From: Cyanobacteria bacterium P01_D01_bin.156
GTDB lineage: Bacteria > Cyanobacteriota > Cyanobacteriia > Phormidesmidales > Phormidesmidaceae
Direction of reading: 5' to 3'
Length of the DNA: 55,806 nt
NCBI GenBank assembly: GCA_039024555.1
Contig: JBCCQQ010000043.1
Span: 1 to 55,806 of the forward strand
Numbering within the stretch: the stretch's first letter is position 1; every line of letters starts with the position of its first letter. Shown in pieces: positions 1 to 9,353 of the stretch. Both the position numbers and the translations under genes were made by a program. The notes below the pieces were generated by a model, which did not search any database, was not told the origin of the DNA, and saw only the letters and a program-made list of their open reading frames with translations.

Positions 1-141
1 ACCCGATTCACCAACTGATTGATGTACGACACGCGCTGCGATGGTTGATAAGCCATCAGACCAGGACTCGCCTGTGCCAATACCCGACGCAGCTGCCCAC
101 GGCTATATCCCAGCCGTGCCAATCGCTCCGCTAAGAATCTA
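1..141. repeat. Terminal direct repeat (assembly overlap, circular contig), copy 1
   Basis: 1-141 is identical to 55666-55806, and the relaxase frame continues across the join. Confidence 0.97.
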
Positions 142-1610
142 TCAGCCAACCGATACGAAGATCGCCCACGTTGACTCACGTGTTCCCCCAGCAGCTGGAC
201 ATACCGCACCAACGGCGTTGGCCTCTTTGTCAGTGGAGCATTGGCAACCTTCAAGGCAACATCAAGCCGCCGCTCTCGTTCCTGCCGTGCAGCCTCAGTA
301 TCGTAGGTCATCATCACCCGCAATGTATTGCTATGTAGGCCCCAGGATATCGGGTCGGCGTCTCCTAACCCATCCTGCGGCCTACTTCGTTCCTGCTCTG
401 CTGTTTGTTGCCAATGTTGTTGTTCTTCAACTAACCCACGATGATCAAACACCTGGGCCTGGTCATTGGCAGGCGGTGGGGCAACAGGCTTCCGCTGCGA
501 CGCATCCATCGCTGTCCAGTTGGCGGTATAGCCCACCGCTGCTACCGCCGTCATTAACGGGGTTTCTACAGCCAGTTGTTTCTCTAACTGAGCAATCTCA
601 CGGTCAATCCCTGTCATCATCGCAGCCAACACCGCTGTGTCCGTCTCCGTTGGTTTGGTGGACGCTTCTTCGTCCTCCGTGATGTGTTCCTGCTGTAAGG
701 CTAACCGTTGCCCTTCTACGGTCAACAAATACGCTGGGTTCAAGTCTGCCCACCGCGCATGCAGTGCCGCAACCTTCACCCCTATCAAACGCCTCGGGCT
801 ATGTGTTCCTCCTGTCCAGTCCATCACCACAAACGATGGCACCCGTCGCACGGTTCCATCAGGGTCTGTCAGTTTGGTCTGACGATCGCCACGCACCAAC
901 AGCAATCCCTTCTCTGCGATCGCCGCTTCAAAGGCTGCACCATTGTCAGTTCGCTCCCATACCTCACGTAAATCTGCTTTCACCTGCGCCTTAGACACCT
1001 TGGTTCGCCAAGTCTGCTGATGGTCTTGGTAGTCCATCTCAGCCACAGGCCGTTCTGCTTCATGGGCACGCTCCCCTTTCATCCATGCCACGATCGCATG
1101 CTGCCCCTCTTCGGCTAGCTGTTTTATCACCGTGCGGTTATGCTTCCCCACCGTCAGGTCATGACCAAATTGGTGCTCTAAAATCCGTGAGACTTTCTCG
1201 TTTCTAATTCTGGTAAAAGACAGCTCGATTGCCTTGCATGTCTCCGTGTCCACCCGCTCATAGACGCGGTGCTTATGAATGCGTCCTTTCTTAATGTGGG
1301 TCACCTCAATGAACGGGTGATCACTCAGTCCAAACTCTGCCTCATAGGCCCACCACGCCCTGCCCCATTGTTCCTCATCTAGCTCCTCCGCAGGGCTCAC
1401 ACTGATGTGATACATGTGCTTCTCAACACGGGATGATAGCTGCGACATAAACTCCATGCATTGCAGTGCTTCATGCACATCATCATGCAGAGCTAGGTTC
1501 CTTGAACCACTAATAATAATCTCTTGCTCCACCCCATCAAAATCAATCACCTTTGTCAGGTGGTTAGCCAGAGATTTCACCCCACTGCGCTGGGACGATT
1601 TAATGATCAT
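1..1610 (-). CDS. MOBP-type relaxase, 5' part (full gene 1610->1 joined to 55665->55491, about 594 aa); missing from the ORF track because it crosses the contig end
   Basis: ATG at 1610 overlaps the mobC stop. Manual translation gives MIIKSSQRSGVKSLANHLTK...KHMYHISVSPAEELDEEQW...EVTHIKKGRIHKHRVYERVD (HUH motif) ...RNEKVSRILEHQFGHDLTVGKHNR. It is in frame with ORF 55491..55787. Confidence 0.9.
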   Translation of the reverse strand, partial: MIIKSSQRSGVKSLANHLTKVIDFDGVEQEIIISGSRNLALHDDVHEALQCMEFMSQLSSRVEKHMYHISVSPAEELDEEQWGRAWWAYEAEFGLSDHPFIEVTHIKKGRIHKHRVYERVDTETCKAIELSFTRIRNEKVSRILEHQFGHDLTVGKHNRTVIKQLAEEGQHAIVAWMKGERAHEAERPVAEMDYQDHQQTWRTKVSKAQVKADLREVWERTDNGAAFEAAIAEKGLLLVRGDRQTKLTDPDGTVRRVPSFVVMDWTGGTHSPRRLIGVKVAALHARWADLNPAYLLTVEGQRLALQQEHITEDEEASTKPTETDTAVLAAMMTGIDREIAQLEKQLAVETPLMTAVAAVGYTANWTAMDASQRKPVAPPPANDQAQVFDHRGLVEEQQHWQQTAEQERSRPQDGLGDADPISWGLHSNTLRVMMTYDTEAARQERERRLDVALKVANAPLTKRPTPLVRYVQLLGEHVSQRGRSSYRLADRFLAERLARLGYSRGQLRRVLAQASPGLMAYQPSQRVSYINQLVNR

Positions 1611-2001
1611 CTTCGACCTTCAACCCCATGAGCGTTCGGGTTACCTCAGCCATCATGTCCTCTAACGCTTTACACGAAGCAGCGATAGCCGCATGGCTAG
1701 GCTTCATCGTCTCATCACTGCGGAGGTGGCCCGCATTCGCTAAGTACGCCAATTGGTTTAGATTACTTCCTATCTTCCCCATCTGACCTACAAACTGACG
1801 CACCACTTTGGCATCATCATTTGCTGGGACACGGTGCTTCTTTCTCGGCACTGGCGCGTCCACAGCCAACTGTCGAAAATACTCATTCATCGACACCCCC
1901 GCCGTGTCGATATCTTGCTCGATTTGCGCCCACTCTTCCCACTTAAACCGCAAGGTCACGCGGCGGTACGGTGGATGCTCGGACTGGGTTCCCTCTGCCA
2001 T
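1600..2001 (-). CDS. mobC: MobC relaxosome accessory protein (ribbon-helix-helix)
   Basis: VTLRF...SMNEYFRQLA RHH segment and KIGSNLNQLAYLAN MobC signature. It lies directly upstream of the relaxase. The likely start is ATG 2001 rather than 2115. Confidence 0.88.
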   Translation of the reverse strand: MAEGTQSEHPPYRRVTLRFKWEEWAQIEQDIDTAGVSMNEYFRQLAVDAPVPRKKHRVPANDDAKVVRQFVGQMGKIGSNLNQLAYLANAGHLRSDETMKPSHAAIAASCKALEDMMAEVTRTLMGLKVEDDH

Positions 2002-2079
2002 TCCAAGTTGCTCTCTTGTTTTTCTTGGATGCCCAATGCCAAACCCAGTTTTGGCGGAAAGGTTCAGACCTTTCCAAGG

Positions 2080-2180
2080 TGGGGGTTCAGCGGGGAGGAC
2101 ACCTCCCCCTGACAAGCTGTGCGGCAGAAAAAACCCTTGTGGTTTTTGTCTGACAGCACACGGCTTGCTATATTTTTATA
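2080..2180. other. Candidate oriT
   Basis: Lies between divergent mob genes. Hairpins ggggagg-acac-ctcccc and an imperfect cagaaaaaacc-cttgt-ggtttttgtctg are followed by CACGGCTTG|CT, which resembles MOBP nic sites (..CTTG^C). Confidence 0.6.
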
Positions 2181-2394
2181 GTAGCGTTTCTAACGGTAAT
2201 TGGGGGGCGGCATTTTGCAATGCACCATCAGCACTTTCGTGTATTTAGTCACACCCTGTGACGACCACGACACAACTTAAACGCAAGCCGTTAATCCCTC
2301 GTTACGCATGCACGCAATCGTTCACTTACTTGGTTGGTTCCTATAGTTTTTTCAGGTTTGCTATCGTGGTCATAGGTCTTTCTTAAGGTGTCCC

Positions 2395-2841
2395 ATGCCT
2401 CAATCAATCGAGCAAAAACTTGCAGCATTAAAGGACAAGAAAGCAGCCATTGATCAGCAGATTAAAGATATCGAAAAAGCAAAAAATCGGGAGCTACGTA
2501 AACGGCAACACAAGCGTGAACAGCTCGTTGGAAAGGTCATCTATACCCTCGTCAATGGGGAAGATTCAATGGCGGGTGTTCAGTGGTCTGAGGCGGTTTT
2601 AACAGACATCATGGATGCTCACCTCACACGCGCCTCTGAGCGTGCTTTATTCGGGCTGTCAGTACCTGAAACCTCTAAAGCTAAAGCCACACCCTCGTCT
2701 CGAAAGAAAACCGCATCCAAGCGTGCAAATAAAGAGGCTTCATCATCTAAAACATCTAAACGGCGTCGGGAAGGTGAGACAGTCAAGACATCAATTATCA
2801 AGGCACCTACAGAGGATTTATCAGGCGAGTTTAATCTCTAG
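2395..2841 (+). CDS. RSF1010 MobC/MobS-like mobilisation accessory protein
   Basis: Coiled coil followed by QLVGKVI...WSEAVLTDIMDAHLTRASERALFGL, paralleling RSF1010 MobC (VLVGAMI...WPEDRLMAAMDAYLERDHDRALFGL, recalled). Confidence 0.7.
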   Translation: MPQSIEQKLAALKDKKAAIDQQIKDIEKAKNRELRKRQHKREQLVGKVIYTLVNGEDSMAGVQWSEAVLTDIMDAHLTRASERALFGLSVPETSKAKATPSSRKKTASKRANKEASSSKTSKRRREGETVKTSIIKAPTEDLSGEFNL

Positions 2842-3524
2842 GCTGCTTTCGTTTTTTGGGGCTTTTGCTCTTGCTGTGCCCCTATTTCTTCAAAGTATGT
2901 ATTGCAGTCTTCCGTCATACAGATACCACGCATACGGCGCACTGTTTTAAAGGTGAATCCACACTTAGGGCACCCGTATTCCAAGGGCTTCGCTTTAGTC
3001 TTCACAGGGCGGCGCTTATCCCCTTTCCAGGGGAAATATTCACGCGGCATATGATCCATTGCAGCCTTGAATCTTCCATCTGGTACCACCCAGTGTTTCA
3101 TCGTAAAACCGTACCGCTTTCCTGACGGTGTCCCCGTGTCTGTAGCGGGAAGCCCAATATCCCACATCTTATCCGTGAAAGTCTTGTTGTAGTAGCCCTG
3201 GGCCGTTGATGCGCCCTCTTGCTCATACACCCATAGCTGCACCATCAATCGTGTCAGCCATGATAGGCATTCTTCGATCGACGTTTCTAATAAATGAGGG
3301 TTAAGGCTGATTTCATGAGCGCTCTGCACCATTTCATTATTTCGTGTCTTAATCCATCGCTCTGCTGTAAAGTAGCCATTTGACCCGCCATGAGTCGCAA
3401 AATTCAGCACACACGTTGGCAGTTCTTCGTCGAACAGGTCACCGTTTAGGTAATTAAACACCAGTTCATAGTGATGCCAAAGGTCTTGCGTCGGTGTTGG
3501 CTGCGGCTCTTCGGTTTCACTCAT
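2838..3524 (-). CDS. SprT-like (plasmid Mpr-type) metalloprotease-family protein with degenerate HExxH and C-terminal Zn ribbon
   Basis: FNYLNGDLFDEELP, GYF..RW, HEISLNP, GYYNK.F..KM..IGL and CPKC..C..C motifs. The expected HEMVH reads RLMVQ. Likely start 3524 (ORF extends to 3599). Confidence 0.75.
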   Translation of the reverse strand: MSETEEPQPTPTQDLWHHYELVFNYLNGDLFDEELPTCVLNFATHGGSNGYFTAERWIKTRNNEMVQSAHEISLNPHLLETSIEECLSWLTRLMVQLWVYEQEGASTAQGYYNKTFTDKMWDIGLPATDTGTPSGKRYGFTMKHWVVPDGRFKAAMDHMPREYFPWKGDKRRPVKTKAKPLEYGCPKCGFTFKTVRRMRGICMTEDCNTYFEEIGAQQEQKPQKTKAA

Positions 3525-3656
3525 CCCTCGTTGAGTTTGGTTCCCCAACCAAACTACCCCTCTTCTGCTCTCCTTCACTTCTACGGTGACAATCATCACC
3601 TGGCAATAAGATTTTGCTAAGATTTTGCAACGCTAGGTTCGGCAAAGAAAGATCGC

Positions 3657-3702
3657 ATAGTATTCTAGCAGAATATATTTGTGTAGTCCGCTAGAACACT
3701 AT
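3657..3702. promoter_or_regulatory. T(G/A)TTCTAGC-N20-GCTAGAACA operator, copy 1
   Basis: tattctagc 3661-3669, 20-nt spacer, gctagaaca 3690-3698. The same element occurs at 22149 and 22418. Confidence 0.7.
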
Positions 3703-3741
3703 GACTACCTATTTTGGTTGCGCTTTCGCCCTACTTCTGGG

Positions 3742-4242
3742 TCAGTGGTTGCAAAACACCGCTATCCCGTTTCCGCTGCCAATAATGAAAATATCGCCAC
3801 TCATTTCCATATCTCGAGCCATGGCTGTGTAGTCGATATAGAATTCTAAATTGTTTGGAATGGTGTAAAGTTCACGCGCGTAGTCTTCAACGCTATCGTA
3901 TTCTCCTAAATAGCTATCTTCCAAAGCCTTACTAGCCTCTTCAGTACAGCCACTAAAATGCGCGAGCAAGTCATGTGCTATCTCACCATGTTCTTCGATA
4001 AAACTAGCGAACTCATGTACGGTTTCCAGGCTGCTAAATTCCCCTATAGAACATCCCTCAAAACCTTCATGGTCATGAATCGCGTACTCCTCTGCATCCT
4101 CAATCGGGGACGCGACTAACATCGATTTCACAGCGACTTTCATCTCATCAAGGGACTGAGTGGCGTCTATCCATTCACCATGAAGAATGCCATTGTTATA
4201 AGCCGCTAAACAGGCAACATAGATTTGTATCTCACTGATCAT
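3742..4242 (-). CDS. ardA: ArdA antirestriction protein (DNA mimic)
   Basis: IYVACLAAYNNGILHGEWID, EEYAIHDHEGF and YIDYTAMARD motifs; highly acidic. Confidence 0.95.
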   Translation of the reverse strand: MISEIQIYVACLAAYNNGILHGEWIDATQSLDEMKVAVKSMLVASPIEDAEEYAIHDHEGFEGCSIGEFSSLETVHEFASFIEEHGEIAHDLLAHFSGCTEEASKALEDSYLGEYDSVEDYARELYTIPNNLEFYIDYTAMARDMEMSGDIFIIGSGNGIAVFCNH

Positions 4243-4264
4243 TTCACTCTTCTTTCTGGGTTTT

Positions 4265-4440
4265 GAGGTTGAAAAAATTTCAACCTCTGCCCCTCGGCGA
4301 GAGGGGGTAGCAAGTACAAGGGCGATTATCTGCCAATTTTGAAGCGTAGCGTCCGCGAGGAATGACCAAAGGTCAGGGGAAAATTGACAGATAATCGGGC
4401 ATCGCCTTTACCCTTGTGGGCGCGAGGGCAACGCCCTTAG
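4265..4440. promoter_or_regulatory. Large stem-loop upstream of ardA, Frpo/ssi-like single-strand promoter candidate
   Basis: 18-bp arms with 1 mismatch (4323-4340 and 4380-4397) containing TTGACA and GATAAT, plus outer and inner hairpins. Confidence 0.55.
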
Positions 4441-4483
4441 CTGTGTCTGTTTTCTCTGAAATATCTTGATTTATTGTCTTAAC

Positions 4484-4504
4484 TGGTCTAGTCTACCTAG
4501 ACCA
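4484..4504. promoter_or_regulatory. TA operon operator palindrome
   Basis: tggtctag-tctac-ctagacca immediately before the antitoxin ATG. Confidence 0.6.
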
Positions 4505-4755
4505 TGAATTGGCAATTAGTAGAAGCAAAAAGCAAGCTGAGTGAGGTTTTGAACCTTGCGCACACCGAAGGGCCACAAATCATCACTAAACGTGGTGTGC
4601 CTGATGCCGTCGTGTTGTCTGTTGAAGACTATGAAAAACTCAATCCTTCAACATCGTTCAAAGACTGGTTACTTGCGATTCCTCAAGCACCATCAGATGA
4701 AACCACTGATCCTTTCGAGCGTGGTACGGGTGCGGCGCGTAATGTGCAGCTGTGA
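4504..4755 (+). CDS. Phd/YefM family antitoxin
   Basis: WQLVEAKSKLSEVL...EGPQIITKRG...AVVLSVEDYEKL. Confidence 0.93.
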   Translation: MNWQLVEAKSKLSEVLNLAHTEGPQIITKRGVPDAVVLSVEDYEKLNPSTSFKDWLLAIPQAPSDETTDPFERGTGAARNVQL

Positions 4756-5162
4756 CCTACCTCCTCGATACCTGCGTTATCTCTGCGCAAAGACGACAAA
4801 AGACTAATCCTGGTGTGTGTTCTTGGATGCAACAACAAGCACCAGATGACCTCTATATCAGCCTGATCACCATTGGTGAAATTCGCGCGGGTATTCACCA
4901 AATCCGCCATAAAGATCCAACACAGGCAGCAGCACTAGAGACATGGTTTAGTGATGTTCGGCTGTTTTACAGCAATAAAGTACTAGCCCTTTCAGAGTCG
5001 ATTATCGAATGCTGGGGGCATCTGGGTAATTGTCGAAAGCAGCACCCCATAGATGCATTGGTTGCAGCTACTGCCATTGAATACGACATCACATTGGTTA
5101 CTCGAAACACCAAGCACCTTGCAGACACTGGGGTGAAAATCCTTAACCCTTGGGATGATTGA
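4752..5162 (+). CDS. vapC: VapC PIN-domain toxin
   Basis: YLLDTCVIS, TIGEIRAG, DALVAATA, LVTRN...LNPW; GTGA overlap with the antitoxin. Confidence 0.93.
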   Translation: MTYLLDTCVISAQRRQKTNPGVCSWMQQQAPDDLYISLITIGEIRAGIHQIRHKDPTQAAALETWFSDVRLFYSNKVLALSESIIECWGHLGNCRKQHPIDALVAATAIEYDITLVTRNTKHLADTGVKILNPWDD

Positions 5163-5198
5163 GATAAGCCTTTAGCTTTTTAACGTGCCACCTATCAT

Positions 5199-5777
5199 AT
5201 GTCGGGCTATATCTGGGCCATGATGGCACGTAATCACATCCCCTTTGCCATGTCGTCTTGGTGGCTGGTTGCGATCGCGACTGGGCAGCCTATCGAGGTG
5301 CAAAGCACCATGACAGCTGCCATCGGAGGACTACTTCCCGATCTTGACCACCCAGAAAGTGCGTTGGGTCGTCGTTTTTTACTCATTAGCGTCCCTCTGG
5401 CATCCATTTTTGGTCATCGAGGCTTCACACATAGCCTATTAGCTGTAACGTTACTCCTCGGCCTTCTAATCGCGATTATGATGCTTCCTGGCTATGGGTA
5501 TTGGGCCTGGCTCGTTGCGCCGCTTATTATTGGCTACCTGTCTCATATCCTCGGCGATAGTATGACACCCTCTGGTGTCCCCCTCTTCTGGCCTAAAAAA
5601 CGATCCTACAGCTTCAACTTTTTTAAGACTTGGAGCTGGCAAGAGTCTGCCTTCGTTGGTGTCATCACGCTTGGCATGCTTACAGTCGGTGGTGTTGCCA
5701 ACCAGGTCTTTAACGACGCATTGGGTCAGATGCCTGGTGGCTACGTTGTAAATCAATTAGCCCAGCGCGTTTTTTGA
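5199..5777 (+). CDS. YdjM-like membrane metal-dependent hydrolase
   Basis: GGLLPDLDHP, GHRGFTHSL and SHILGDSMTPSGVPLFWP motifs; start may be 5220. Confidence 0.9.
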   Translation: MSGYIWAMMARNHIPFAMSSWWLVAIATGQPIEVQSTMTAAIGGLLPDLDHPESALGRRFLLISVPLASIFGHRGFTHSLLAVTLLLGLLIAIMMLPGYGYWAWLVAPLIIGYLSHILGDSMTPSGVPLFWPKKRSYSFNFFKTWSWQESAFVGVITLGMLTVGGVANQVFNDALGQMPGGYVVNQLAQRVF

Positions 5778-5980
5778 AAAACTCATTTATCAGGTAGCTA
5801 GTACTAACACCCCAATGATCGCAATAGGGTCTGAATGCTCATAAATTTGATGTAGAGAGCGATCTAAGCATCTGATTAAGTACTACGTCATTAAATATCA
5901 ATATCTAGCACGCAGTACTAAACTGGCATACTAATAAGTTCAAACCTACTACTTAATCTATTCGGCAATCAGTATGACCT

Positions 5981-6087
5981 ATGGATTTGCCATGCCTAAT
6001 GAAAAACAGGGATAACACTACCGTTTTACCCACGGTTTTTCACAGCCATTTGGACAACGCCTTCGTCGTTGACCACAATTCCACAGG
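5981..6087. repeat. Structured ~105-bp element, copy A (next to oriV)
   Basis: Homologous to 34030-34136 (tggatttgcc...gggataac...ttggacaac..gttg.ccacaa..ccacagg). Confidence 0.65.
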
Positions 6088-6132
6088 CCCAAATCACAGA
6101 CGTTTTTCAAAATATGACATTAGTCAGGATTA

Positions 6133-6692
6133 AGGGGGTACCGTTTCACCGTTCTTTCTTAATTCTTATAACTTCTCATTTTTTACATGTAATCGGAATG
6201 AGATTGTTCTTCGATTATCTTGCTACCTTAGTTTTGTAAGCAATGTTTGTTCCTTTAAAGGCAGTGCTCTATTCTTAAAACAATCAAACTTCTTGTTTTA
6301 ATAAATTAGGTAATTTGCTGGACAAAGAGACTGTTGTGTAACCGATAGGTTATACACAGGCTCGCATGGCCTACTAAAGGTAAATAAATAATCTATAGGT
6401 ATAACTATAGGAAGGGGGTACCGTTTCACCCTTATAGGGGGTACCGTTTCACCGTGGATAACGTTGAGTCTTATTATTTATCAATTAATTGCTAGGGGGT
6501 ACCGTTTCACCGTGGATAACTAGTTTTTTCCACTGGTTTACGCACAAAGAGGGTGTATTTAGCACATTTCTGCGGATTATCGATTTATTCACAGGGGTAC
6601 CGTTTCACCATAAGGGGGTACCATTTCACCGTCTTGAAATTAAAATTATTCCTCATATCAGTTAGTTAAACAAGGGGTACCGTTTCACCGTC
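6133..6692 (+). repeat. oriV: seven iterons (A)GGGGTACCGTTTCACC with DnaA-like boxes and an AT-rich tract
   Basis: Iterons start near 6133, 6413, 6436, 6494, 6593, 6613 (variant ccattt) and 6673. TTATACACA near 6350, TTATTCACA near 6585, two GTGGATAAC. AT-rich 6150-6320. Directly downstream of repA. Confidence 0.88.
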
Positions 6693-6696
6693 TCTT

Positions 6697-7644
6697 TTAC
6701 GAAATCACCCGTTTAGGGGGCTTTTGGGATACAGCTGGTCGACTCTGTTTGATGATAAAACCACCATGGGCATCATCAATTTTAAGGTCTGGGTACACAA
6801 CTTGAACCTTAGTAATCGCTTCTTTGATTTTGCGCTTGAAGTTTTTGACATCACTATAATCAGCCCCCATTTGAGCCATAAACGAACGCCATGGAATAAA
6901 TTGCTCTTTTTTCTTCCCTTGGCTGAGGGAGAATGTTTTATAGGTTGACCAAGCATAGAAATCTAACGCCATAGGCGATTGTTTGAGCGCCCCTAGTGCC
7001 CGTTTATCCATTGGCACTGGCGATGTAACAATAGCCTCATAGAATTTCTCACCCAACTCAATCCATGATCCAAATAGACTCGTGGCTTCTGGCTCGTTGA
7101 AATTCCACCAAAACTCCCCTTCTGGCGCAATTTGCATATCAAGCCAACGCTTACCTGTTGTAGCACCATCATTGCGATTCACTTCCAAACTAATAGTCGC
7201 CCTAAAGAGACTATCCATTTGTTTTTTTAACCTAGCGCTATCACCACGAGCCCCTCCTCCAGTTGCAGGATTAAGGCCTAAATCACGCATGAAGCTTGCC
7301 AAGCTATCACCAAGCATTAATTTACGACTCTTATTTCTAAGTGCTTCTGTTGTTATCCAAAAGAGAAGCAATCTAGGAATACAACCATAAGGAAGGCCGA
7401 CCGCTTGATTTTTCTCGTGATCCCAGCCTGGTCGAATCGAGAGACTTAAGTCACCGTTGTTACGTTGCCATATGTCTAGTTTTCCAGGGTTTGAGTGAGG
7501 CAACGTGACCTGAACCAACTGGCGTGTCAAAAAAGCTTTATCTTGTTCACCAGTTTCAGGATCTAACGCTATTGCTTCAGCAGCATCTATTAATCTACTA
7601 ATTGTCCTGGATGGTTGCTGAGGATTTACTTGTTCGGCGGTCAT
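6697..7644 (-). CDS. repA: Plasmid replication initiator RepA (RepA_C; IncW/PromA-like)
   Basis: RQLVQVTLPHSNP, GLPYGCIPRLLLFWITTEA, LGDSLASFMRDLG and LKQSPMALDFYAW; adjacent iterons. Confidence 0.9.
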   Translation of the reverse strand: MTAEQVNPQQPSRTISRLIDAAEAIALDPETGEQDKAFLTRQLVQVTLPHSNPGKLDIWQRNNGDLSLSIRPGWDHEKNQAVGLPYGCIPRLLLFWITTEALRNKSRKLMLGDSLASFMRDLGLNPATGGGARGDSARLKKQMDSLFRATISLEVNRNDGATTGKRWLDMQIAPEGEFWWNFNEPEATSLFGSWIELGEKFYEAIVTSPVPMDKRALGALKQSPMALDFYAWSTYKTFSLSQGKKKEQFIPWRSFMAQMGADYSDVKNFKRKIKEAITKVQVVYPDLKIDDAHGGFIIKQSRPAVSQKPPKRVIS

Positions 7645-7714
7645 GCTCCCCTACCCTTCTAAAATATTTACAAGGGGAACCGTACTCAGGGCGCAAAAAC
7701 TGCACAAGCAAAAA

Positions 7715-8482
7715 TCACTTGGTGTTGCCTTTTTCTAGCTCTATCTCGATGAGGCTAAGGACTTCAGAAACCTTTTCTCGCAGCTCCTTATTACTTCTAG
7801 TGCTCTTAACACCTTTATTCCATGATTCTAAAGACCGTTTTGCCTTCTTGAGAAAAAACACGACAGATGTCGTGTTTTTCTTCGGTTCATCCTTTAGATA
7901 CCGCTGAATAGTTCTAATATTTTTACCGATAACGACACTAAGCGCTGGCAACAGTGCCTTTTCGCCTTTCTTTGGCCTGCCTTGACTGTCTTTATAACCT
8001 ACTTCACGAAGGTAATCAGCAATGTTTCTAACTTCGGCAGGTGTGTAGTCCCGTCGATGCTCATTTTCTGCCACTTCAATCTGAAGTGCTCTCTGTGGTT
8101 CTTCAACTGATTTAAATGGCATGATTCGAACTGGAATTTTACCGTTCGAGAAATGCTTTTTAAACGAATCTATATCTTGTTCCTGCAAAAGCGTAATCGC
8201 AGCAAGTCGATGTCCCCCAGCTAGTAGGACTTTATCTGAGTCCACAACCAATGGCTCAATTAAACCAAGAGCAGCTATGGACTCCATTAAACTAGCAACA
8301 TGATTCTTATTTAAAGGCCTAGTATCCGATTCACGCAATTGAATGCGATCGATAGGAATAGTGCTTAATTCCCCACGTTCTTCAGAGCGTCGAACTGAAA
8401 CTTCCTTATCCTTATCTGCCATCTGGTCACTGAAAGCATTTAAAGAGGCTAAAACATCCAGATTCTTCTTTTTGGCCGCCAT
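7715..8482 (-). CDS. parB: ParB partition protein (cyanobacterial plasmid type)
   Basis: LMESIAALGLIEPLVVD, LLAGGHRLAA, AENEHRRDY, and HTH GKNIRTIQRYL. Confidence 0.92.
   Translation of the reverse strand: MAAKKKNLDVLASLNAFSDQMADKDKEVSVRRSEERGELSTIPIDRIQLRESDTRPLNKNHVASLMESIAALGLIEPLVVDSDKVLLAGGHRLAAITLLQEQDIDSFKKHFSNGKIPVRIMPFKSVEEPQRALQIEVAENEHRRDYTPAEVRNIADYLREVGYKDSQGRPKKGEKALLPALSVVIGKNIRTIQRYLKDEPKKNTTSVVFFLKKAKRSLESWNKGVKSTRSNKELREKVSEVLSLIEIELEKGNTK
7854..7879. promoter_or_regulatory. Perfect palindrome inside parB (candidate parS/operator)
   Basis: aaaaacacgaca-ga-tgtcgtgttttt, 12-bp arms. Confidence 0.5.
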
Positions 8483-8493
8483 TAGAGTAACTC

Positions 8494-9279
8494 CTATTTT
8501 TTACGCTTGTCAGCTTTATTAGCTACCCAAATCGCAATTTCCTCTATGTCACTAATAGCTTTTGCAGACGGAGAATTATCCATAAATGGAATGCCCGCAG
8601 CAGTAGCCCAGTGAAAATCACTTCTTTGACTAATCGAAAACAGGGCAGTATCAGGATGCTTTTTAGCAAGTTGCCCAGGGATATTTTTATCTAAGCTGCG
8701 AGATTTATTAATCTGCGTCAGTATTAATGCACAGTGCTTAGGGCCTTTTCGCTGGGTATCCTGTCTTCGTTTGACTTCACTCAGGACTCTCTCTGCACCC
8801 ACAATTCCTAAAGGATGGGCATTTGTACAAATCAATGCAGTATCAGCAGCAATTAATCCCAGTCGCTCTAAGTGATCATTTCCAGGTGGACAGTCGAAGA
8901 TGATGACACCATAGCCAGAAAACTTTTTGATCGCATATTCAAGTTCTACTGAATCGGATTGCTGTACTGCATTTTCTTGAAGAGAAGCACCACCAGGAAG
9001 GACAAATAGGTTTTCAGCAGCTTTCAATGGAGTAGGTGAATCACCACATATGAGTTCAGCACTACCTGGCGCAACGGGGTCAACACCTAATACATACCCT
9101 GTATTACTCTGAGGATCTAAATCAACGACTAAAACACGAATGTCGTGAGATGCATAATAAGAAGCCAAGCACGCCGCCGTCGTAGTTTTACCAACGCCAC
9201 CTTTACGTCCACAAACTGCGATTTTATGACTACTCATGTCTCGCAAAGTACCTTGTTTCGTCTCAGATGCAAGAATCAT
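8494..9279 (-). CDS. parA: ParA partition ATPase
   Basis: KGGVGKTT, VDLDPQSN and IFDCPP motifs; the start is probably the later Met (MSSHK). Confidence 0.94.
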   Translation of the reverse strand: MILASETKQGTLRDMSSHKIAVCGRKGGVGKTTTAACLASYYASHDIRVLVVDLDPQSNTGYVLGVDPVAPGSAELICGDSPTPLKAAENLFVLPGGASLQENAVQQSDSVELEYAIKKFSGYGVIIFDCPPGNDHLERLGLIAADTALICTNAHPLGIVGAERVLSEVKRRQDTQRKGPKHCALILTQINKSRSLDKNIPGQLAKKHPDTALFSISQRSDFHWATAAGIPFMDNSPSAKAISDIEEIAIWVANKADKRKK

Positions 9280-9353
9280 ACTTGAATATCATTTAGTTTT
9301 TCGATCAATTCCTAAAAATCGTGGGGCAGGGCTTGCCAGCCCACTTTGCTCAT

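Noticed and set aside
41..1665. Plus-strand ORFs 41..682, 637..882, 708..971, 764..994 and 1414..1665
   Set aside because: Shadow ORFs antisense to the relaxase and mobC.
5795..5960. Scattered AGTACTA-like words as a parS array
   Set aside because: Short, irregularly spaced and in AT-rich DNA; cannot be distinguished from chance.
6133..6692. Repeats as a CRISPR array
   Set aside because: The units are 16-18 bp, irregularly spaced, next to repA and DnaA boxes, with no cas genes. They are iterons.
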